DNA of 63,661 nt, counting the filler, from Syncephalis fuscata S228 (taxonomy: Eukaryota > Fungi > Zoopagomycota): assembly GCA_025786725.1 (NCBI GenBank). It is 3 parts of 3 records of this genome, joined end to end, with 100 filler letters (N's around TTAATTAATTAA, not from the genome) between each part and the next. Parts side by side here need not be neighbours in the genome. Positions count along the whole stretch, not along the records: positions 19,692 to 41,282 come from JAHLTZ010000151.1; 2 more parts are not named here. The stretch is one strand, 5' to 3'. Position 1 is the stretch's first letter, and each line of letters opens with the position of its first letter. The position numbers were made by a program, and so were the translations under genes. Below are positions 25,922 through 38,300 of the stretch, in pieces. The notes under the pieces were generated by a model, which saw only the letters and a list, made by a program, of their open reading frames with translations, was not told the origin of the DNA and searched no databases.

Positions 25922-27565
25922 ATGAACCATATTCCTATACTTGTTATTGAACGTATTGCCGTATTTACCGACAGCGACTCACTTGTTCTGCTTTCATGCT
26001 GCAGTAAATGGCTGCGGTATTGTATTAGGCAACAGAATAATCTCTGGCATCAGCAATATAAGCAGTATTACAATCTTGCTGATAACAGCGAGATAAAATG
26101 GTTGGTCTGGTATGTGCAGACAACACGTGCATCAAAACCTTTGGCACAACATACCAAAAACGCAATCGACATTGCTCAGTTGAATAACCAGTATATCGAA
26201 TGGTTTTGTGCATTTTGCTATCGACGTGCTACTGATGCAAATTGGCTTAAAGACACGACATATCCAATTAAGGATTTAGTGGGGGGAAAAACAGACAACA
26301 TTCGTTCTATTGTATTACAACGGATTGCTTATCGTCATACTGACCTGCGGAAATGTTTTATTGCTGAACAATGCCAGTCAGTAGAAGATATATCTGCTAA
26401 ACGATTTTGGCGCTTGCGTAAATTATTTTCAAATGATGCGGACTATAAATATCACGTACAACAATGTCTGATATCAGATAAATTTGTGGTGGCTATTAGT
26501 ACGCAAACAAATAATCCAGGTTACTTTAAAGTAAAACCAAGCATCATTTCCATCTGGCCAGTGAGTCGAGTTTCAATCATGCGACCGCGTCAATTTTCCT
26601 GCTTATGCAATAATGCAAACATTCGTGGGCGCTGGATGACAGTTACTCATTTTGAGGTAGCAGCCGAAAAAATAGATAGAACCATTCTATTAGAAAGAAC
26701 ACACGTTTTTGATCTTGCTTACGGTCAAAAATGTATGGGTACTATCACAACTTATAAAGGAAAAGTCTTTTTATTAAGAGTTACTGAAGAAGCAGCAGTT
26801 GCATTTAGTAGAACGCTGCATCACTCAGACACTACTATCACATTCAAATGGAACGTATGGGAGTTTTCAAATCGTCATCTAGAAGATAATCCGCGCTGTC
26901 TAATACAAGGAGAGATTCATTTTAAAAGATCTAAAAGTGCTGGAATTTTTGTTAAAAAACTGGATGACACTCGAGTTTTAATTGAAAATAATTCACTGTT
27001 TGCTGCCAATCAGATGAATGAGAACACGGCAGATGACATAAAATTGGCCATGATTTCAACAGAATGCGGCTACTCGAACGTTTGCATTAAAGATGCAAAG
27101 CCCATTTGGACACGTAACGATGATATTTATAGTACAGTGCCGCTATTTGGTTCTAACCGCATTCTTGTTATATCTGAGAGAGGATGGACGGTTCACAGCA
27201 TAATTGATGGCGCTATACTAGCACACATCAGTGTAGAAAATCTAGATTTAGTGTTTGAAACTCCTCGCCTGCTACATATAGCCGATTATACTAAACTTTT
27301 TATATCACATATTGGTAGATTTGTTCTTTATAGATCTAAATACGACAACAAATTTATAGCAGTAGATCTAATGAATCTGCGTACTAGAAATTTGGGTATA
27401 GCAAATTCAGAATATTTGTACGAAACATGTGAACGTCGAGGTATTATTGTAAAATTTAGCAACTTGATTAGGCAACCTTTATTACTAAATGATACATTTG
27501 ACACAAGAAACGCGGCGTTAATAGAAGATGACGAAAACTATAGAGTAATAGATTTGTCATTTTAA
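25922..27565 (+). CDS. Intronless F-box-like protein with uncharacterised, probably beta-rich C-terminus (547 aa)
   Basis: Long ORF whose N-terminus MNHIPILVIERIAVFTDSDSLVLLSCCSKWLRYCI..NNLW fits the F-box pattern. Confidence 0.7.
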   Translation: MNHIPILVIERIAVFTDSDSLVLLSCCSKWLRYCIRQQNNLWHQQYKQYYNLADNSEIKWLVWYVQTTRASKPLAQHTKNAIDIAQLNNQYIEWFCAFCYRRATDANWLKDTTYPIKDLVGGKTDNIRSIVLQRIAYRHTDLRKCFIAEQCQSVEDISAKRFWRLRKLFSNDADYKYHVQQCLISDKFVVAISTQTNNPGYFKVKPSIISIWPVSRVSIMRPRQFSCLCNNANIRGRWMTVTHFEVAAEKIDRTILLERTHVFDLAYGQKCMGTITTYKGKVFLLRVTEEAAVAFSRTLHHSDTTITFKWNVWEFSNRHLEDNPRCLIQGEIHFKRSKSAGIFVKKLDDTRVLIENNSLFAANQMNENTADDIKLAMISTECGYSNVCIKDAKPIWTRNDDIYSTVPLFGSNRILVISERGWTVHSIIDGAILAHISVENLDLVFETPRLLHIADYTKLFISHIGRFVLYRSKYDNKFIAVDLMNLRTRNLGIANSEYLYETCERRGIIVKFSNLIRQPLLLNDTFDTRNAALIEDDENYRVIDLSF

Positions 27566-28289
27566 TTGCCATTCATTTATTTCATTCAAAATAAAATTTA
27601 AAATAAAATAGAATATTTTAATACTACTTGGATATCAAAAATATTTTTGTCTGTTTAGTATGGAAATAATTTAATGCAATATATTTATTACTTGTGATTT
27701 TATGTCAATATTGTACACATTAAATGTGTGTGAGCTATACGTTTACTGTATAATAAGTAAGTAATTATTTGCTAAAAACAATGGTTTAAATGGTTTATCT
27801 ATCACAGAATAACTAATGGTTTTGATGGTTTTATTTATGCTACAAAGTATTAAACAAAAAGTTCAACAAGTAAAAAAACAAGAACAATAAAAAACAAGTA
27901 TTACCGGATTAGAACATAAAATATATGTCTCATTCAAGCCCCAATCTCGCAAAACGGTATGGAATTGCGATGTGATGGCAGCGAGGGACATACACGATGT
28001 TTTACACACAAAGCAAGAAATAATAATAAAAATTAGATTGAATTAAAACATGAAACCAATCAATTATTAATTTCTTTACAGTAATCTGAGTAATAACACA
28101 TATTTTCTCTCTGGGCTTGCTTTATTGTGTAGTGTTTAAGCTGTTTAAGTATTTAACTAATATGTTTTATCATCTGTTTTCGAATATCGATAGTTTCTAC
28201 AATAGCCACGAAATGCTATTGTGTAATAAACAAATAATCAACATTAGAATATTACACAGCTGTAGCAATTGAATCATAACATGTCATTG

Positions 28290-29480
28290 TTTATTTGTAA
28301 AACTCGTTATTCTTCATCTGAAGGCAATAACAAATCGTTAAATGGCTTTAGCTGATCAGTGTTATATTGCAATGCAATCAGTCGCCAACTCGGTTCGTTT
28401 GCCTTGATAATATACCATTCGTATCTCCATTTATATTTTTATTTGTTTTAAACGCATATATAAATGCGTTTCTTAGAGCGTAAGAGACTTTATATAAAGT
28501 TTGTTGTATAATAAATCTATTGATTTGTTGGATTTTATCGTTTCTTTGAAGCTCAGCAAGTTTTTCTACTGGAAAAGTATTATCAAATCTGGTAAAGAAC
28601 ATCTTGTAGTCATCTTTCTCCCCAGTGAAGCAAATATCTAACAGTAACATTAATGTAAATAACAGTAAGCAGCAATATGCTTTACTTACTTCCAATATCC
28701 CCGTTGGTGTACCATCCCTCTTCTTTTATAATATCTAGCGCTAATCATGGTTTAGTTTGCAATATACAGACAATTCAAGCCTTTACCTTTTGCAATGTTT
28801 TTCCATATACGATTTAGATATTCTAGTTGACTACCCACACGACTAATTGAAAAGTTGGAATAATTATTAGTATGTAAAGGCAATAGCTATGAAGTTTGAC
28901 ATACTCTCCAAAGTCTTGAAAAGCAGGATCGTATTTTGATTCACATTCTTTATATGGTAAAATATAGCATTTAACATGTCCAGGCAATATAAATTGCCCC
29001 TTAGGTAACATAAATTCAACATTTTCATGGGTTTCATATGACAATTTGGATTTCAATAAATCCTGTAGTTGATTATATTCGTTATTTTTGTATGTTTGCT
29101 GCTATATAAGACTTGCCTCGTATACTTGAATGGCGTAGTTTTCTGTATTTGAAGTTGATCCACATGCAAGTCGAATCGGATCTTTTTATTGCATTCCATC
29201 AATATAATGTACGCCTTTAATATTGGATTCTTTGCCTATAAGCTTGAGATCATACATGGTAAATGGATCAGTTTCACCATTCAATTTAATCCCCATAAAT
29301 TCTACATGAATAATATTTTTAGTAAATAACATAGATGAATCCAAGTGGGCACTTGCCAGTGGCATCGGGCACGGGAGCGGGTTTGGTACCAAATAAACCT
29401 GGCATGCCATTAGCAGGTGTGACTTGAGTAACCGACACTAGCATGAGTGCAGTGGTGGTGATAGCAAAAATAGACTTCAT
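28290..29480 (-). pseudogene. Secreted divergent kinase-like gene, disrupted by stops and frameshifts
   Basis: Signal peptide MKSIFAITTTALMLVSVTQVTPANG, then IRLACGS..AIQVYE, FMLPKGQF..KCYILPY, EGWYTNGDIG and DICF..MFFTRFD. In-frame stops at ~29186 and ~28823. Confidence 0.55.
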
Positions 29481-32304
29481 CGTGAATATGTCTATGTCAA
29501 GGTCCAGTCGTCGAATAAAAGGTTGTACTTTCTATGAAGCTAGTACGTGAGAAGAAAGAGCGTGGTGTGATGATTAGACGAATAGATATGCCGAAAATGC
29601 AGACATTTATAGCAAAATATATCATGCAATAGCCGATGTATTTACTCTCAGATTGGACAAATATGGTATTTATTTCTGAGTGAAAAATGTGAAACAAGCG
29701 CATGGAATAAACTGTAAACAACTAACCTCCGCATCTCAATAAGATCCTAAAGCTATAAATATCTCAAAGCAACATTTTCATTTCTACTTATAGATATTGA
29801 ATTGCGCAAAAATGGACATGTAATTTATTGTAGCATTATCATCTTTGTATGGCTATTATTTTTGCAAGCATAAATTCCAAACATGCAAATAAATTTGATC
29901 ATTGCTAAAAATTATACCATGAACATTACACTGTTTATATAAATTGTAGCATATAGTCAAATATTTTATATTACTAAAGACATGGATATAATAAAAATTA
30001 TTTTTAAATCCATAGATTAAAACAACAATTTTATTATAAATAGACAAACAAATGATATAAAACAGCAATTGTTTTTGAACATTCAAACTCAATAGATACT
30101 AGAATGTTCAAGTCATTAAAAGTCATTATGCACTGATTAAGCATTATGCTACTTATAATTTTCTACAAGAAATAAACAAAATTATAAAGAAATGATAAAA
30201 GGAAACAAAAGGTAAACGGAGCTAGAAACACAATAAAAAGAATTGGTTAAAAGAACCAAGTGTAATAAGAGTGGATGCAAATGACAAATAAAGATTTAAA
30301 AATAAATCAACTTAATTGTCTTGTTAATTATCAAGTCACAATGATTGTCTTTGTTAATGGTAACTTTGGCGCATTTATGCAAGAAAGACTATTTGTTTCT
30401 ACATAAATAATCATTGAAGCTATTAAGCTATTGGCCAATAAATCCAATGGTTCTGTTGAATTTATTTATGTTAATGAGTATTTAACAAGTTTGTAACTAA
30501 GCAATTGAATAAGTAAAGACGATTATCAATTTAATGACGGCGTGTAAAAGGCTTTTTTAAAATGTACGCTATAAATGTACGGTAATTTTGCATAATCTTA
30601 TTCTGTGTTTACTGATAGCGTGCTTTATTGAGTAAAATATTGCTACATTTACTTGATAAATTAAAAACGACCCGTTTTACATATAGATTAGCAAGATATA
30701 TTGCAAAAAATGTACTGCAAAAATTTGCTACAAATACTGGTGCCAATCACAATAATGGACTAGAAAAAACAGTGTAAAAATAAAAAGGCCAATACAGCAC
30801 CGGCCAAACACTAGAACTTAGAAAGAGACTAATAAGTGAGATTATTCAGGTAGTGCAAAAGGGCAAAGAAGAAAATAGGATGAAAAGGTAACAGCGCATA
30901 TACAACAACAATAGCTATAATAGTAGGTCGTATTGCTGTACTGACGCTAAATATTTGTTTAACAGCTATACTAGCAATGCTTTCTATATTGTTGCTACTG
31001 TTTGTATACAGCAACTATACATGATGATCATAGTGGCTATATGCTACCAAATTCATTGTATGTTTTGGCTTGCCATAGATAGTAACAGCTAATCAGTACT
31101 GGCAACAGTTTGTGCAGCCTTGAAAGTAGCAAACCGCACTGCCACTATTGAGATTGCAGAGCTGTTACCAGATTATCTATAATTATAATCTATAGTAAGA
31201 ATAGAGCATACAACTAGCTTTTGGCAGTATATATTCAATATAACATAAAACAAATAAGAAATGCACTTACTGTGTTAACAAGGATGTTAAAAGCAATGAT
31301 TGAAGTTAAAAGTAATTTATAAAAATGTCAGATTACAAAAAGTAATGCAAGAAAGTAGTGTAAAAGGTGTATGTATTTTACTACTATTCAGACAACCACA
31401 ACACTGTCTAAACAGTATATATATAGTGTAAAAGTATATGCAATGAATATATGCTATCAAGTGTGAAAAAAAAGAATGATGATGTAGATTGTGAGATGTT
31501 CAGTAAATATGAATTAAAATAATGTCATTTGATAACAAAACTACTCATTGTCGTAGAACATATTTTCAGTATAATAGCAAATTATTAAAAGGATAAAAGT
31601 CATTTGCCATCAAAATAAATCATTATCATAACATATTTTACAATTATTAATGACTACTACAGCTAGAATATGATAAACCGACAATTATGTATTGTAAGAT
31701 GCATACCAATAATCATCATGGCTATTTCTGCTAATATCACCGCTACATGCAATGTAATCCTTGCTGCAAATTATATACAACTAATATAGCTAATGAAGTC
31801 ACTTGTATAGATGGATCATTAAACAGCAGAAATACTAGCGGCATTATTACAACGTATAGTCACTTGTGCATATACAACAATTGAATTACATGTTGATTGA
31901 CAAATAAGGACTATTATATTGTTACGTGTTAATGTACCACTATATAATGTATAGATAACTGTGTATTGTTTGTAATATTGCTAGAATCCCCGTATTATAA
32001 ACATACTGTTATAATAATGTTAATATTACATAATAACATTAGCACAAACTGTTGATTAGTTACTTAATTTATGGCTTTTAAAATAAACAGTGTAACAGCG
32101 TTATTGTTCTATTTATATGCAGCAAATTAAATCATAGAACAGAATAAATTTATTGAAACTGAAATATTACGGGGATAGTAATAATAGTCGCACATAGAAT
32201 GTTGTTTAGTATTTGCCAACACTATTGAATAATAATAATAATAATGGTGATGATGATAATAAAGCTATTACTAATTTATATAGTAACTACTGAAATCCAT
32301 TGCC

Positions 32305-35300
32305 TTAATCATCAGCGCTGGTATGACCATTGTGGCTGCCTGTACGTTTTGCGGAGTGATTACCTCGGCCTTTTTGACGTCCATTCGTTTTGCCGTGATT
32401 ATTATTCCGTGCCCGTCCCTCTGTGACCATAGACAGCGTCGTCATTATGACAAGGGGCTTCGTCAGATGGTGGTTCAAAGAATGTGCTGCCACTTACCAC
32501 CGTTATTCAGAGTATCCATTTTGGATATTGTCGCCTTTTGGCCTGCCATTAACTAAAATGATGATCACATGTTACAGGTCAGCCATAGGTGATATGTGTG
32601 CTACGAAGAGCCGTCATTTGGACTTCGCCTCTGTCCTTTTTCTATCAACACTTCCTACCTGAAACTTGTCCTTGCACGCTTCATTAAATGCTTCTTCGGT
32701 GGCAAATTCGACGTAACAGATCACTTGTTTGGGATTAGGATCAACGCCGCGCTGGATTTCAATAGACACTGCCTACAATAATGTATTGTACTAACATTAA
32801 CAATTGCTAATTGTTTGGATTGAATCGCTTGCCTTTTCATATACATCTCGAACAACCGACTCGTCAATATGATCGCCAATTAAACCTTTAACACAGATGG
32901 TGCGTCCCTAGAGTCATCGTCGTCATCATTATTAAGCAAAATGTTATATAAAACTGTGTTACAGGTACATACTGCATTAATATGGCTTGTTTCCAAGGCT
33001 GGACTTGCCGTGCGACTATTATTTTCGCTGGCTAGTCGGCTGCCTCGGTTGCTACCACGACTAGTGCTACGATCGGCCGCAGAGAGTTCGGCCGTCATTG
33101 AAACACGAGAGGATGAGCGTTCCTGTGGCACTTGTAGTGTATTTAAATGTGCATCAGCCTCTTCTTCGTCACGCGTTTCTTCCTTTGCATATAAAGCAGC
33201 CCAGATATTATTCTGTACGCTCTTTGAAAACTCCACATCTGATTCTGTAATATTACCATCAGTATCAATAGAATCATTGCCATTCATAGTATTGCTTTCA
33301 TGGTGATGATTCGACTCTTCGGCATTAAGGAAACGAGTAATCTGATCTGCCATGGCATCATCAAATGGTATATCAGCTGAATCAATCATTACCAATTCTT
33401 CTTCAATCTCTAATTCTTCTTCAATAACTTCATCGTCGTCATTTTCATGAATAGCTCTTTGCTCAGTAATTTCTTCTTCAATCTCTACTTCATCTTCTTC
33501 AAATGAATCATGAATAGCCGGAATGTCCATTTGCATAGTAGACATCACTTGCTCAGTTGATCCATTTAAAAATGCCATTTGTTCTGACACCAATTCAGCT
33601 ACATTCTGTCCATTGCGCTGCATGGCACTTGTTACTAGATTGGTTATCATTGGACGAAAGGCTGGTGCATCTGAAGACAGTGCCCTTGCCATCGTCGTCA
33701 TTGCCTCTTCGTGTAGCATATCTATAGGCATATGCTGTATAAAGTAATTATTACAAACTATTATTGACAATAAAGCTCTAAACATACCGAACCTGTAGCA
33801 GCTTGTTGCATCTCTTGTATCATCAACAGCTGCTGTTGCTCGTGAAAATGCCGTTCATATTCGGCCATCTCATACCGAGTAATTTCATCGCTAATCACAT
33901 CGGCCGCCTGATCAATTGTCGTCTTTGCAGTTGTAATTGTTGTTGTATCTGCCAATTGCTCTACTCCTTCTGTGGCCGGTGCAGTACTCGTTGCCGTTGC
34001 GGCATTATCTGGAAGAAGAAAAGAAAGAAAACACGCAAACAAAACATATTTATGATGTGAGAAAAAGAAAACTCAAACCGGCATGCAGCTATATATTTAT
34101 TGTCTATGCCGCCAGGATGCCGGTCTCGTCGACCCGCTTACTTGATTCTTTATGACCGGCCCGGTTAATCTTGACATCGGCACTCTTCAATTTCTATAGT
34201 AATATTGTTAATAATAGCCAGGATTCGTTAATAGTATCTATTTACCTTGCCCGATAGTTCAAGTGCTTCTGCCAAATAGGCCTCGGAAGTAAATTCAACA
34301 AAGCAGAATGGACGCTGACGACCTGTCTTGCGATCAAACATGAATTTAATATGCACAACCTAAATTTTAAATATGTATAATCAAATAATTAGTATATATT
34401 AACTATTAAATAACATTGCTATATTAAATACTTACACCTTGGGCACATGGGCCCAAAAAGCCTCGAAGTTCATCTTCCGATACGGTTTCATTAAAGAAAT
34501 TGCCAATCCATAATGTGCGTGAATTATCCTATCAATGTATATTGATATAAATACCTTTACTATTGATATTGCTGTTTAGTAACTTACTTGTTCAACTTCT
34601 TCTGAACGATTGGCTGTAGTGCCATTTGCTTCTACAGCTGTGGTGGCCGTAGTAGCCGTAGCTGTAGTAGTCGTTGTAGCGGCTGTATTGGTAGTGGCCA
34701 CTGCTGTTGTTACTGCATTATTTGATGGATAGCCAGACATACTTGGATCCATGTATTGTTCTAATGGATTGACCATCTCTTGACAGCCAGGTGTATCGGC
34801 CCATGATGTTGTGGCCTGTCCCATGGGTGGCAATGACATATAAGCCTTGGCTTCAGCATAGACAGCCTGTGTATCGGCGGCCCGTCTCATCTCTGCTGCC
34901 GCCTCTTCTTCCCAGCCCATTTGTTGGGCCACCACTTTATCCGCATCTTGCCATGTCACTTCTTGGTGCATTGACTCTTCGATAAGAGTAACATGGGTCG
35001 GTGCTGGCGGTGGTGCTGATGTATCAGCTTGAATAGGTTGACCTTGACCGTCATACGTAATGGTCGCTGAGGTCATTTGTGCGCCATATCCCCATTGATC
35101 GTGATGGCCATTCGACGGCTTCATAACTGCTGCTGCTGCCACAGCTGCATTAAAATTAGATGCTTCCATTGATGTTACAAGTGTTGGTTGATTGGCCGTT
35201 GGATTAACAGCCACGGGTGTGGATCGTACTATTGTATAGCAATAAATAAAGTAATTAGTCATTAATAAGCAGCAACCATTATACTATATACATACCAGCT

Positions 35301-38300
35301 GGATTCAACTTGATCGTATGTCCTTTCAATGTATTGCCAGAGTAGTGCATTGCTTGTTCGCGTGCTATAGCAGAGTCAAACTCTACAAAGCAGAAAGCAC
35401 GTTGACGACCAGTATTACGATCAAACATTAGCTTGACATTAACAATCTATCAATTTTATTAGTATTCGTTCTATAGCTATTACTGTTACTATTTAATAAC
35501 TTACCGAGTTAGATAATGGACCAAAGAATTGTCTAATTTCTGATTCTTCCACTGAATCGTTATGGAATCCACCAAGCCATAATGTATTCGGATTTTCTTG
35601 CTTTTCCGTTTCAACAACAGGTGCTGGATTGGCCATCATTGAATTATTCAACAATGATGCCTGTACTTGACTGGCCATTTGATTTTGCAAGATACGATCC
35701 CAGTTCTCTGTATCTTCATTAGAGTAATAGCCATTAGCTTGCTGCTGTTGCTGCTGCTGCTGCTGTTGTTGTTGTTGTTGTTGCTGTTGCTGTTGCTGCT
35801 GCTGTTGTTGTTGTTGTTGTTGTTGAGCCAATTCAGCTTGTACGGCTTCTATACGGTCATGATCTGCATTGGTCCATTGTGCTTCTTGTACGTGACTTGT
35901 AACATTGGATCGTAGATCAATAACTGTTGCTTGATAGACACCATTATGACCATTGTTATTGCCACTGCCATCATTGTTATTGCCATCATTGTTATTGTTA
36001 TTGCTTCTTTGATAGTCATGGCCACTAATGTCATGTCCATTACTTTGCATAGTAGCCAACAATTCATTATATTCGGTGGCTGTATAGGCTACACTTTGAC
36101 GTGCTATATAATTGGTCAATGTTAATTCAATAATCTTAATTGTAGTGTTATTACTTACGGTCACGCTTATTAGCCTGTCGTACCTTTAACGGTACATCAT
36201 TCATACACTAATAATATGTATTATTAGACTTGGTTTAAGTAATTAATATCAACTTACACGACCAGTATAATTCAAAGCTTCTTGAGTTGATTCATCATCA
36301 ACGAAATCAACAAAACAGAATGGACGCAATGTACGTGTCTGATGATCATGCATCAACTTGACCGATGCCACCTAGATAACAATAATATTAATAATAACAA
36401 TGACTATTGCTGTTGTTATTTACCTTTAATGGTTCAAAGAATTTACAAACCATATCTTCAGTTACTTGCATGTTGTATAGACCACCAAGCCATACTCGAC
36501 GTTCAATCTAAACAACCTTATTAATACAATATAGACAAATATAATAAATACATACTGGTTGACTGGTAGTTGTATCCATCAACATTATAGAATGTGCTTG
36601 TTGCGATGCAGCGGCTACTGCTCCTCCTTCATTGGATGTAGTTAAGTGAGGGAATTGGTCTAATACTTCATCAGGTATCGCCGATGTACTCGGGTAGGTC
36701 ATCGATTTTTCAATATGTTCAGCGGCCCGTTGAATCATATTACGCTCTTCAGCTTTAATGGCAAAGTATAGCTGGTTACTGCCCGGGGTCATAGGCATAG
36801 GATTGGTGCCAGGTCCTTTAATGAGACGGTCGGCCACGCGTTGATTAGCAATACGCAGTGTAACTTGCTTATTAGAGATTTGACCGCCATTAAGGGCCAA
36901 TGCATAGTCACGTGATGCTCTATCGACAAAATTGACAAAACAGAATTGACGTACTTTGCCATTGCCATCCATAACAAGATTGACTGATTCAATACCTTTT
37001 GTATTCTTGAAATAGTTATAAATATCCTGTTCACTATATTCAAGATCATATAGACCACCCATCCATAGAGAAAATGGTGCACCTTCAACAGATGTATCAA
37101 CCAAGTTATTGTTGTTATTACTAGCACTAATAGTAGTAGCACTGGTAGTAGTAGTAGTAGTAGCAGTAGTAGTAGGAACTGTAGCGTTAGTAGTATTGCC
37201 GTTGCTATTGTTGTTATTGGCTAGATTCGTATTAATAGAAAGTTTGCCTGGAACAAATACTGGTGCATTCACATCCATACGGGCTTTAGAAGCTAAATCA
37301 TTCGAGGCAACATCATTCAAAGTAGTAACGGCATTTGTTAAAGGCAAATTATTACTATGTTGATTGATAGTTGTCGTTTGAACAATATTACGATGTTGGT
37401 TATTGCTTTGTGTCATATTGGTCGATGTATTAGATGCATAGACTTCTTGTAACAAAGCAGATGATAAATTAGAGGTAGCCGGTATATCCATCGCAGTTGA
37501 CGTGGCAATAGTAGTACTATTACCGCTATTATTATTGAATGTATGTGTATTATCCAATAGCGGTGTCATGGCCATACGTGCTACAGGCTGTTGAATCGTC
37601 GTTGTTTCACTTTGTTGTTGTTGAGTCGATGATTGTGACTGTGTTAATGCGGCAGCCGCTGCTGCAGCAGTCGTTGCTTGGCACGTAGATTGGAGTTGGA
37701 TCCAGTTCTATTGCGGCCCAGTGGTGTACTGCTACGCGATTGCACTGATGCCGGTAATTCACCACGGCTCTTCCCAAAGGCGTACCATTTCTTGATGGCG
37801 GTGTAATCTTATTCTCGCCACTTTGACTACCTGAACGCTGTCCACGACGATCACCGACCGGTGTATTACTACGTGATCGTTGTCCACGGGCCTCTGATAA
37901 TGGCGTACGGCCACGCTGTAATGGACTATCACGCCCACCACGTACTGTACTCTGTCGCTTAGGCATACCAGCCTCTTCACGCTGCAGTGCCGTTACTGCT
38001 GCAGGTACTGGTGGCACTATTTCTTCTCCTATAAGATTAGAGGAACGATTCATAGGGATCGGCGTACCTTTACGTGTTAATTTCTCGTGACCATTACTTT
38101 TATGATGATGGTTATCACCGTCATTACCTTTATTGTCATGGTCGTCCTCATCATCGGCTAGCGTAACGGTAATGGCCGTGGGCGGATCAGGGAAGCGTGT
38201 CGTGGCTGTAGTTGTGGCCGTTCTATCCGATTCAGTGGTGACCACAATAGTCGTGGTTGTTGTCGTGGCTGATGATGTGCCATTACGGGATCGTCGTTGA

